Assembly (NCBI GenBank): GCA_965263035.1
Contig: OZ253580.1
Location: 2,688,001-2,752,000, forward strand
DNA from: Acidobacteriota bacterium
GTDB taxonomy: Bacteria > Acidobacteriota > UBA6911 > RPQK01 > JAJDTT01
Length of the DNA: 64,000 nt
Direction: 5' to 3'
Every line of letters starts with the position of its first letter. Within the stretch, counting starts at the first letter, position 1. The notes under the pieces are model-generated. The model was not told the DNA's origin. It saw only the letters and a list, made by a program, of their open reading frames with translations, and searched no databases. A program made the position numbers and the translations under genes. Below, piece by piece: positions 10,302-18,076 of this stretch.

Positions 10302-10471
10302 CTACAGGAAGTCCGACGCGCAGGGGTAACCGGGAAGCGGTTGGGCCTGGAGGACGGCCCGGACCACTGCCCGGGCGGTGACTTGGGCCGCAAGAGCCCC
10401 GACCAAACCCAGGTCCTGCCCTCGTACCGATTTGGTGGAAAGTGCGAACAGGGTATCGCCGTCCGACGGCA
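10302..10471 (-). pseudogene. Diverged duplicate of the last 170 bp of the P1/DmpA peptidase gene (11631-11800)
   Basis: Ungapped manual alignment, about 17 mismatches in 170 bp, same reading frame and stop. Confidence 0.9.
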
Positions 10472-10503
10472 CAGGCCGAGAACGAGACTGTCCCCATCTC
10501 GCG
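10472..10503 (+). repeat. Palindromic junction repeat, copy 3
   Basis: Identical to 9044-9075. Confidence 0.9.
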
Positions 10504-10605
10504 CTCCATCGACCAAGTCATCTAGTCCCATGGCCCTCATGCGACGTTGCGGCGGGTGATGGCTTTGCGCAAGCTTTCCAGAAAACCTTCGAGCTTCGCT
10601 TGGTT

Positions 10606-10809
10606 TCATAGCTCAGAATCCTTGATCTGAGCCATCTTCATCAGATGCCTCTGCAAACCACGTTTCAGAGTGCCGCCGTGTACCGGGACCGAGATACGAG
10701 CGGGAATCCCCATCTTCACGTAGATGTGGTGGCTGCGTCTGACTCGTTTCAACTGCCAACCTCGCGACTCGAGCAACCGGCACAATCGCTTGCCGCTGAC
10801 GGCCTTCAC
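10606..10809 (-). CDS. hicA: HicA toxin (GSH motif reads RSH)
   Basis: SGKRLCRLLESRGWQLKRVRRSHHIY..ISVPVHG..LKRG; GTGA overlap with the hicB stop. Confidence 0.85.
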   Translation of the reverse strand: MKAVSGKRLCRLLESRGWQLKRVRRSHHIYVKMGIPARISVPVHGGTLKRGLQRHLMKMAQIKDSEL

Positions 10810-11122
10810 ACGGCAATCTCGATGATTTTGTCTGTCTCGGAGACAGGAATATCCTGGATCTCGACAGATAGACACCCCTCGACGGCTTCATAGAGATTAC
10901 CTAGGAGGCTGTCCGAGAACTCGAAAAATCATAGTTTTTTAAAACTTAACCCTTTATAAATCAATAGTTTACAAACAATACTTTTTGAAAATAGTCTATT
11001 CTCGGACAGCCTCCTAGCAGATCTTCAAACGAGTCTCCCTGAGTCGCACACCCTGGGATGGACGGCACTTCCGCCCAGTACCCGCCCTCATCTGCTTCAT
11101 GGATCACGACTTTCAGCTTCAT
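10806..11122 (-). pseudogene. hicB: HicB antitoxin interrupted by a MITE
   Basis: [36 protein letters not shown]|GNLYEAVEGCL..IEIAV*; removing 113 bp restores a 67-aa ORF. Confidence 0.9.
10905..11013. mobile_element. AT-rich 109-bp MITE (IS5/IS1182-like ends)
   Basis: Perfect 15-bp TIR GAGGCTGTCCGAGAA/TTCTCGGACAGCCTC, CTAG target duplication. Confidence 0.9.
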
Positions 11123-11630
11123 GGTTCCTCCTTGTGTTCCGCACCAGCTCACTGTCAGTCTAGTTTATCTTCCCGCCGGTAAGTACCACAGCTTTGGAAG
11201 TTCATCCCGGATCCCGAACCAAGACGTAATCCGCATCCCGGTGGAGGATCTCGGGTGCCCCTCATAGACCGGCGGAGACTCTCTCGGAGCGGAGCATCTC
11301 TTTTGTGGTCTTTCTCCGGGCATTCCCGCAGGGATATTTGGGACGGGAGCGACCCTCCCATGGAGTGCTGCTCAGATGTAAGTTGCGCAGCACTGCCGTG
11401 CCGATCATGGAGGCGAAAAAGGGGGTCGCTCCCGTCCAGCTCCGCTCTCCCCCGATCGGCACGGCGGGGCCATTCTCACTCCCCTCCAATGGCCTCCCCT
11501 TCCGTGTGTCGGCGGCGGGGAACGATAAGCACACTTCAATCAGGGACCCGATCCCCCACAAGAGATGAGGGGCTGAATTCCTCGTACGCTGTGGCCTTCC
11601 GCTGGTCATTCCGCCGAAAAAGGAGAATCC

Positions 11631-12632
11631 CTACAGGAAGTCCGACGCGCAGGGGTAACCGGGAAGCGGCTCCGCCTGGAGGACCGCTCGGACCACGGCT
11701 CTGGCGGTGACGTGGGCCGCAAGAGCCCCCACCAATCCCAGGTCCTGCCCTGGAACCGATTCGGTGGAAAGGGCGAACAGGGTATCCCCGTCCGCCGGCA
11801 TGTGGACGGGACGGATGGTCCGGGCCAACCCGTCGTGGGCCATCTGAGCGATCTTGGTCAGGCCCGCCTTGTCGAACCCGGCGTTGGTGGCGACCACGCC
11901 CAAGGTCGTGTTCTCGCCCTCGCCCGGGCGCCAGGCTGGAAGTTCCCGTTCCTTCAGGACCGTCATGGTGTCGGCGAATCCGCGCCCGCCCGCGCCGCGG
12001 ACTCCCGCCAGGATTCTGCCCGTTTCCGGATCGATGACGTCGCCGACGGCATTGACCGCTACCAGAGCCGCCACCACCACAGGTCCGACCTGCACGGCCG
12101 CCGAACCCAGGCCCCCCTTCATGGCGCGTTCGTGACCCAGTATCTTGCCCAAGGTGGCCCCGGCTCCCACGCCGGCGTTGCCTTCGGGGACCGGCCCCGT
12201 CCCGGCGTCTCGGCAGGCCCGGTGTCCCAATTCGGGACCCGGGCGGATCGAGGCGTCTCCCAGCGCCAAATCGAAGAGAATGGCCGACGGCACGATGGGG
12301 ACTCTGGCCACCGACGTCCGATAGCCCACCCCCCGTTCCTCCAGGAAACGGACCACTCCGGAAGCCGCGTCCAGACCGAAAGCGCTGCCGCCGGAGAGCA
12401 CCAGGGCGTGGATGCGCTTCACCGAACGCACCGGGTCCAGCAGGGCGGTTTCACGGGTGCCGGGAGCGGAGCCGCGAATGTCCACTCCGGCCATCACTTC
12501 CCGTTCCGGCAGGACGACGGTGACCCCCGTGGGCCGCCGGGGGTCGACGGCATGCCCGACCCGTATGCCTACGAGGTCGGTCAGGCCGCCCTCGTAGGCG
12601 GCGGATCCTGATGGATACGTTTCGCTGCTCAT
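11631..12632 (-). CDS. P1 family (S58, DmpA-like) peptidase
   Basis: GIRVGH, GSAPGTRET, LSGGSAFGL, NTTLGVVATNA, DGDTLF. Confidence 0.9.
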   Translation of the reverse strand: MSSETYPSGSAAYEGGLTDLVGIRVGHAVDPRRPTGVTVVLPEREVMAGVDIRGSAPGTRETALLDPVRSVKRIHALVLSGGSAFGLDAASGVVRFLEERGVGYRTSVARVPIVPSAILFDLALGDASIRPGPELGHRACRDAGTGPVPEGNAGVGAGATLGKILGHERAMKGGLGSAAVQVGPVVVAALVAVNAVGDVIDPETGRILAGVRGAGGRGFADTMTVLKERELPAWRPGEGENTTLGVVATNAGFDKAGLTKIAQMAHDGLARTIRPVHMPADGDTLFALSTESVPGQDLGLVGALAAHVTARAVVRAVLQAEPLPGYPCASDFL

Positions 12633-12655
12633 GCCCGAAGTGGGTGAATGCGGGT

Positions 12656-13228
12656 CCTGAAAAGCAGGGCTGTAAGCCGAATTCTGTACCCTGGCCGCAA
12701 GGCCGGGGCGGCGATCATTCCTCTAGGGGCCGGGTTGCCCCGGCCCTCGGGCGGCCTACCCGCTCCGCCTCCGCCCTGCCCGGGGGCCGGCGAATGAGCC
12801 GGGCCAACTCGTACGGAGCCTATTTGGCCTTGCACCGCGTGGGGTTTACCGTGCCTTCGATGTCACCATCAAAGCGGTGGGCTCTTACCCCACCATTTCA
12901 CCCTTACCCGCAGTCCCGACGACGGAACCGAAGGCGGTATCTTTTCTGTGGCACTTTCCGTAGGGTTACCCCCCCTTCCCGTTAGGAAGCACGCTGCCCT
13001 GAGGTGTTCGGACTTTCCTCCGCCCGGCGTTAGCAGCCCGTGGCAAAAGTCGTCACGGCATTCGACCGTCCCTGCATCGTGCGCGGACTGCGTTGCGACT
13101 CGGTCACATACTCCCGGTATGCTCCCTCATCGTGCCTGGTCCGGCGGGCGCAGAACCGGTCTCGGTGCTCGCGGGACTTTCACCACGGACTGCTAGCCGG
13201 AAGGCGATCGCCCACCCTGCTTCTCAGG
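12656..13228 (-). ncRNA. rnpB: RNase P RNA (type A), about 573 nt including a 161-bp MITE in P3
   Basis: GAGGAAAGTCCG, AGTGCCACAGAAA, GGTGAAATGG, GGTAAACCCC, ACAGAATTCGGCTTA; 15-bp P1 (CCTGAGAAGCAGGGT/GCCCTGCTTTTCAGG), P2 GGCGATCG/TGATCGCC. Confidence 0.95.
13033..13193 (+). mobile_element. 161-bp palindromic MITE, copy 1 (inside rnpB)
   Basis: TIR GCAGCCCGTGGCAAAAGTC / GACTTTCACCACGGACTGC, flanked by TA on both sides. Confidence 0.9.
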
Positions 13229-13236
13229 CCGACGAC

Positions 13237-13245
13237 ATTCTATCA
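13237..13245 (-). promoter_or_regulatory. Extended -10 promoter of rnpB
   Basis: TGATAGAAT about 8 nt upstream of the P1 5' strand. Confidence 0.6.
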
Positions 13246-13325
13246 CCGGAAGCTCAGGTGGAACCGATTTCACGCGGTCGCCCCGACGTGCCCGCCGGTA
13301 CATATCCCGCGAGACGAGCAAGCGC

Positions 13326-14213
13326 TTACCGAGAGCGAATCAGGCCCCGGCCCACGGCGCCCGCTTCCAGTCCGATGAGCTCGCCGTAGACCCGGCCGAA
13401 CTTGACCTGGGCCTCGAACTTGACGGGAACTCGAAGCGGGTCCCGGGAGTACCAGACCTGCAGCGTCCTCCCCTGGGAGAGGATTCCCCCCTCGACTCGG
13501 AGCCGAACGGTGTCGAAAGCCCCGATCCGGAGTTCGACTTTCTCCCGCTCCTCCACCCGGACCAGAAGCTCCTTGAACTTGCCGCGGTCGGCCAGGTGCG
13601 CACGGTACCGGCTCGCGTCCTCCAGCCGCTGGAGCCTGACCACGTAGACGGCCGAGATCAGGTCGGTGACCGGCCCCGGAATCCCATCTGAGGTGCGGTT
13701 GTGAAGCTCCCGCGGCGGATCCCTGGACACATCCAGATCGCGGTAGAGCGCGATGTTCCTGCGGTAGTCGAAGACGGAGAGCAGATCGCGCCTGCGTTTC
13801 CCTTCGCGGTGCTTTCGGAAGATCCGATAGGAATGGAAATTCCGGGCGTCGACAATGGACTCGAAACGATTTCGCACCGAAATCTTGGCGACTTTCGCCA
13901 GCCTGCCTGCCGAGACGGCCTCCATGGTAATGGTCCAGGCCGGCCTCTTGCGATACCGGGAACGCTTCACGGTGAAGGCCAACTCTCCGGCCTTGAAAGC
14001 CGGAGAGGCGAACAGGGGCTTCCAGTTGACCTCGTATCGCAGCTTCTCTCCGGCCTGGAAGGGAGCTCTGTAGGGAGTGCTTCCATCCAGTAGAGGTCGC
14101 GCCGTCTCGGACCCGGCCGGAAGCGAGAAACAAAAAAAAGCGGTCGTGAGTGGGACGAGAACGGCCCGCAAACGGCTTACCCACTGCCAGGGGGCGAGCA
14201 TTCCGCGCCTCAT
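13326..14213 (-). CDS. DUF3108-like exported protein
   Basis: Signal peptide; PFQAGEKLRYEVNW..AGEL; VWYSRD..RVPVK. Confidence 0.65.
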   Translation of the reverse strand: MRRGMLAPWQWVSRLRAVLVPLTTAFFCFSLPAGSETARPLLDGSTPYRAPFQAGEKLRYEVNWKPLFASPAFKAGELAFTVKRSRYRKRPAWTITMEAVSAGRLAKVAKISVRNRFESIVDARNFHSYRIFRKHREGKRRRDLLSVFDYRRNIALYRDLDVSRDPPRELHNRTSDGIPGPVTDLISAVYVVRLQRLEDASRYRAHLADRGKFKELLVRVEEREKVELRIGAFDTVRLRVEGGILSQGRTLQVWYSRDPLRVPVKFEAQVKFGRVYGELIGLEAGAVGRGLIRSR

Positions 14214-14749
14214 CCCATTTTCCAGACGAAAATGATTCCGGCCAGGACCACCGAAATGAGGAAACGGTACTCCCGGTTCCTGAGAAAGAGCTTCCATTGG
14301 AAACGAGTGGTTGTTTCGCTTCCGGCAGCGGTCGGGCCCGGGAACCGAACCGGACAGAATCTGGGTACGCTGGCGGCATAGGCAGCGTAGTCGTCCCGAT
14401 AGTGACTGAGCATTTCCCGCTCTTCACGGAGCATCACCGGCCAATAGATGCCCGGAAACAAGACGAGATAGACCATGAGCAACCACAGCTTCCCCGCCGC
14501 CACGGTGAAACCCAGCCCGGCCAGAAACGATCCCAGATAGAGCGGATTCCGTGTCAGGCGGTAGGGCCCCGCTCGGGCCAGTCCCCGCCACTTGTCAAGG
14601 TGCCCCGAGGCCCAGAGGCGGACGCAGGCGCCCAGCGCCGCCACCGGCATCCCGAACCAGAACAGGTGCGGATGCGGCTGGGCGAACACAAAAAGGAGGA
14701 GCCCGAAGGCGAGTCCGACGGGAACCCGGATCCTCTGAACCAGGGTCAT
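14210..14749 (-). CDS. ICMT/PEMT-family membrane methyltransferase
   Basis: RLWASGH..GPYRLTRNPLYLG..EE..L..Y..Y..VPRF. Confidence 0.85.
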   Translation of the reverse strand: MTLVQRIRVPVGLAFGLLLFVFAQPHPHLFWFGMPVAALGACVRLWASGHLDKWRGLARAGPYRLTRNPLYLGSFLAGLGFTVAAGKLWLLMVYLVLFPGIYWPVMLREEREMLSHYRDDYAAYAASVPRFCPVRFPGPTAAGSETTTRFQWKLFLRNREYRFLISVVLAGIIFVWKMG

Positions 14750-15858
14750 AGGGGCGCCGGCCCTTTCACCGCCGCCGACAACCGCCGCCGGACGGCCCGG
14801 AAGACCTGTTCCACGGAAATGTTCATGCAGATGAACTCTCCGCAGCTCCGCTTGTTGCAGTCCGAGCAGTAGAGGTAGCGCTTGACGATCCGATCCTCCG
14901 GGTGAAAGGGTCCGTTGCGCCGGGCGATGGAGGGACCCATCACCGCCACCGCCGGGGTTCCCAACGCCACGGCCAGATGAAGGGGACCCGTGTCTCCCGC
15001 CACCATCAGGCGGGAGCGCCGGCAGAGCGCCGCCAGTTCCAGGATCGTGGTGGGAAAGCTGACCACGGAGCCGGGCCGGGAACAATCCCGGATCTCCCGG
15101 ACCAGACCCTCCTCTCCCGGACCGTAGGTGAAGAGCACAGGAAGATTCAGGCGCCGCCGGATCTCTGAGCCCAGGCGGGAGAACTTGCGGGCGGGCCAGA
15201 GCTTGGTGGGCCACCCGGCGCCCGGATTCAACAGGACCGGCCGGCTGCCTCCAACCGCCTGAAGCCGATGGTCGACGTATTGCTCCGCCTCGGAGGGGAT
15301 TCGAAAAGGCACCCTGGCCGTGGGCTCCCCGGCGCACCCCAACGACCCCGCCAGCTCCAGGTTCAGATCGATGACGTGGCCATTTCCGCTGGTCCTGACG
15401 CTGTCGGTATAGAAGCCGGCCGCCGCCGGCTCGCGGCATCGTTCCCGGCAGAATCCCATCCGTCTCCCGGCACCGGAGAGACGGGCCAGGAACGCCGACT
15501 TGATCAGGCCCTGGAAGTCCAGCGCCAAGTCGAAGCGCTCCCGCCGCAGCACCCGGATCAGATGGACCAGATCCAGTGCCGTCCGGGGCCGGCGCCGCCA
15601 GCGCTTGGTGTCGGCCGTCCAGATTCGATGGATGCCGGGAACGGTCTCCAGCAGGCCGCGGTAGTGGGGCTCGACCAGCCAGTGAATCTCACAATCGGGG
15701 AAGCGGCGGTGGATCTGCTGTTGGGCCGGCAGGGCGTGAACGATGTCTCCAAGAGCGCCCAGCCGCACGATCAGGATTTTTCCGGGAGAGGTCAAAGCGG
15801 ATAGGGTCCCGGAGACGCCGGACGGAGGCGGCGCCGGTTCCTGCGATCGTGCGTTCAT
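14746..15858 (-). CDS. waaC: LPS heptosyltransferase I (GT9)
   Basis: ILIVRLGALGDIVH, DFQGLIKS, GDTGPLHLA; start codon uncertain. Confidence 0.85.
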   Translation of the reverse strand: MNARSQEPAPPPSGVSGTLSALTSPGKILIVRLGALGDIVHALPAQQQIHRRFPDCEIHWLVEPHYRGLLETVPGIHRIWTADTKRWRRRPRTALDLVHLIRVLRRERFDLALDFQGLIKSAFLARLSGAGRRMGFCRERCREPAAAGFYTDSVRTSGNGHVIDLNLELAGSLGCAGEPTARVPFRIPSEAEQYVDHRLQAVGGSRPVLLNPGAGWPTKLWPARKFSRLGSEIRRRLNLPVLFTYGPGEEGLVREIRDCSRPGSVVSFPTTILELAALCRRSRLMVAGDTGPLHLAVALGTPAVAVMGPSIARRNGPFHPEDRIVKRYLYCSDCNKRSCGEFICMNISVEQVFRAVRRRLSAAVKGPAPL

Positions 15859-15953
15859 GCCGTTCGACAGAGCAGCGAGCCGGGGGACGTGAGAACCGGA
15901 GGAAGAGAAGTTTCGGAGCATAGGACGGGCCCCTCGAAACGGCCCCCATCGTA

Positions 15954-17006
15954 TCACGGGCGTCTCGGAGCCTGATTTTTCGTCAACTGCCGCCGGGCCG
16001 CCCCGTAGACCTCCCCGGAATGAATGCGATCGAAGCAGCGCAGGTCGATGGGGCACTCTCGGAGCAGACAGGGGCTGCACTCCACATGCTTGTGGATGAC
16101 GGCGGCGTTCGGGCTGAAGGGTCCCGTGGCCACTTCGTCCGTGGATCCGAATACCGCCACCAGCGGCACTCCCAGCGCCGCCGACAGATGCATGGGACCC
16201 GAATCGTTTCCCAGAAACAACCGGCATCGGGCCAGCACCCCGATGAGGGTGGAGAGCGAGGTCCGTCCCACCAGGAATCGGGGAGTCCGTTTCATGCTCT
16301 CCCGGACCTGGACCGCAACCGGCGTCTCCGAACCGGAACCCAGGAGCACGACCTCGGCACCCATCTCTTCGATCAGACGATCGGCCACCTCCGCGTAGCG
16401 CTCCGGGAACCATCGCTTGGCGGAACCGAAGGCCGCTCCCGGATTCAGTCCCACCAAGGGCCTGCCGCGGTCGGCGCCCGCCTCGCTGAGCAGGGAGTCG
16501 GCCGACTCCAGTTGCGCCTCGGAGGGGGTGAGGTGGATGTCGGGCCGAAAGGAGGAGTCATTCAGATAGTCGATGGGCGAGACACCTGACTGGAACAGCA
16601 GATCCAGGTAGTAGAAGGTCTGGTGACGGCCCAGACCTCCGGTTCGGGGCCGCACGCCTCGAGTCAGCAGGAGTCGCCGGCCGTCGGTGGTGTAGCCGAT
16701 CCGATTCGGGATGCGCGCCGTCAGCGCCAGCAGCGCCGCTTCGAAAGCGTTCTGGAAAAGGACTGCCGTGTCGAATCCCCGGAGCCGCCGTCCCACCCGG
16801 AAAACTCCCCGCACCCCCAGGGATCGATTCTGGAGCGTGACCACGTGATCCGCCACGCCTTGTCCTTCGAAGATCGGAGCCACCCATTCCCGGGCCAGAA
16901 GAGTCAACCGGGCTCGGGGCTGCAGGCGGCGCAGCTCCCTCAGGGCCGCCAGCGACATGACGGCGTCTCCGATCCAGTTGGTGCAGCGAATCAGGACCTG
17001 TTTCAT
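15954..17006 (-). CDS. waaF: LPS heptosyltransferase II (GT9)
   Basis: NWIGDAVM, PGAAFGSAKRW, NDSGPMH. Confidence 0.9.
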   Translation of the reverse strand: MKQVLIRCTNWIGDAVMSLAALRELRRLQPRARLTLLAREWVAPIFEGQGVADHVVTLQNRSLGVRGVFRVGRRLRGFDTAVLFQNAFEAALLALTARIPNRIGYTTDGRRLLLTRGVRPRTGGLGRHQTFYYLDLLFQSGVSPIDYLNDSSFRPDIHLTPSEAQLESADSLLSEAGADRGRPLVGLNPGAAFGSAKRWFPERYAEVADRLIEEMGAEVVLLGSGSETPVAVQVRESMKRTPRFLVGRTSLSTLIGVLARCRLFLGNDSGPMHLSAALGVPLVAVFGSTDEVATGPFSPNAAVIHKHVECSPCLLRECPIDLRCFDRIHSGEVYGAARRQLTKNQAPRRP

Positions 17007-17029
17007 CGCTCCTGCCCGAGTCCCCCGCT

Positions 17030-18070
17030 TCAGTGCGGGTTGGGAAGGCCGGCCACCTCATCCAAGAGAAACTTGCGGTACTCCACCGGGTCTTCGGGCA
17101 GGGCCTCGATCTTCAATACGAAGATCCGTCCGGCGCCGAATTCCAGGGCCTGGAGCCGGACCGCGTCCTTCTCAGTCGTCATCAGCGCCTCCGCTCCATG
17201 TTCATCCACGCTTTCCAGGGCCTGGTCCAGGTCACTCTGGCTGTACGGATGATGATCGGGAAACAGGAGCTGGTCCCGGACGTCCATCTGGTAGTGCTCC
17301 AGGTCCTGCATGAAGAGTCCGGGGTTTCCGATGGCCGCCAGGGCGATGACCCGCCTGCCCATGAAAGCTCGAGTCCGGAATTGTTTCCGGCTCTTCAGAT
17401 CGAAGACGCCGACGGCATCATGATAGAAGTAGGAGATGGGCGTCAGTTTGTTGTGTCTCCGGATCACCGCCTCCAGATCGGCGATCTCCCCCACCAGGTG
17501 GGACCGGGTGATGACCACCAGATCGGCACGCCCCATGGCGGCCAGAGGCTCCCGGAGGCGTCCCGCGGGCAGGAGCTTACCGCCGCCGAAAGGATCAGTG
17601 GCATCCACCAGCAGGATATCCAGGTTGCGCTTCAGCCGCAGGTGCTGGAAACCATCATCCAGAATGTGGACGACCCTGTCGCCGGCGTCCTGTTCCACCA
17701 ACGTTCCTGAGCGGTGCCGATCCTTTCCGACCGCGACACGGACTCCGGGAAGCTGACTGGCCAGCAGAAAGGGCTCGTCCCCACTGCTGGCCGCGTCGCA
17801 CAGAACCTTCCTGCCGTCGCTGACCACCAGAGTCGAGTGCTCGGCCTTGCCCCGGTAGCCACGGCTCAGGATGACCGGCTGGTAGCCCGCCGACTTGAGC
17901 ACCCCGGCCAGGTAGGCCACGAAGGGCGTTTTTCCGGTTCCCCCCACCGTCAGGTTCCCGACACTGATGACCGGGTTGCGAAGGCGTCGGCGCGAAATGA
18001 CACCGCGCCGGTAGAGCCACGCTCTGACCCGCATGGCCAAGGAGTAGAGTTGGGAGAGAAGAACCCACAT
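17030..18070 (-). CDS. lpxK: Tetraacyldisaccharide 4'-kinase
   Basis: SVGNLTVGGTGKTP, LSRGY, GDEP, DDGFQH, TTEKD. Confidence 0.95.
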   Translation of the reverse strand: MWVLLSQLYSLAMRVRAWLYRRGVISRRRLRNPVISVGNLTVGGTGKTPFVAYLAGVLKSAGYQPVILSRGYRGKAEHSTLVVSDGRKVLCDAASSGDEPFLLASQLPGVRVAVGKDRHRSGTLVEQDAGDRVVHILDDGFQHLRLKRNLDILLVDATDPFGGGKLLPAGRLREPLAAMGRADLVVITRSHLVGEIADLEAVIRRHNKLTPISYFYHDAVGVFDLKSRKQFRTRAFMGRRVIALAAIGNPGLFMQDLEHYQMDVRDQLLFPDHHPYSQSDLDQALESVDEHGAEALMTTEKDAVRLQALEFGAGRIFVLKIEALPEDPVEYRKFLLDEVAGLPNPH

Positions 18071-18076
18071 TGGCTC

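Noticed and set aside
8604-10503. The three 32-bp repeats as a CRISPR array or integron attC sites
   Set aside because: Spacing is 0.4 and 1.4 kb, there are no cas genes or integrase, no RYYYAAC/GTTRRRY boxes, and the intervening DNA is truncated genes rather than cassettes
11150-11620. Possible PIN/VapC remnant (ILHRDADY-like) and short ORFs
   Set aside because: Too short and degenerate to support a call
13040-13378. ORFs starting MAKV(V/I)TAFDR as a small protein family
   Set aside because: They are the reading frame of the MITE left end; copy 1 is antisense to rnpB
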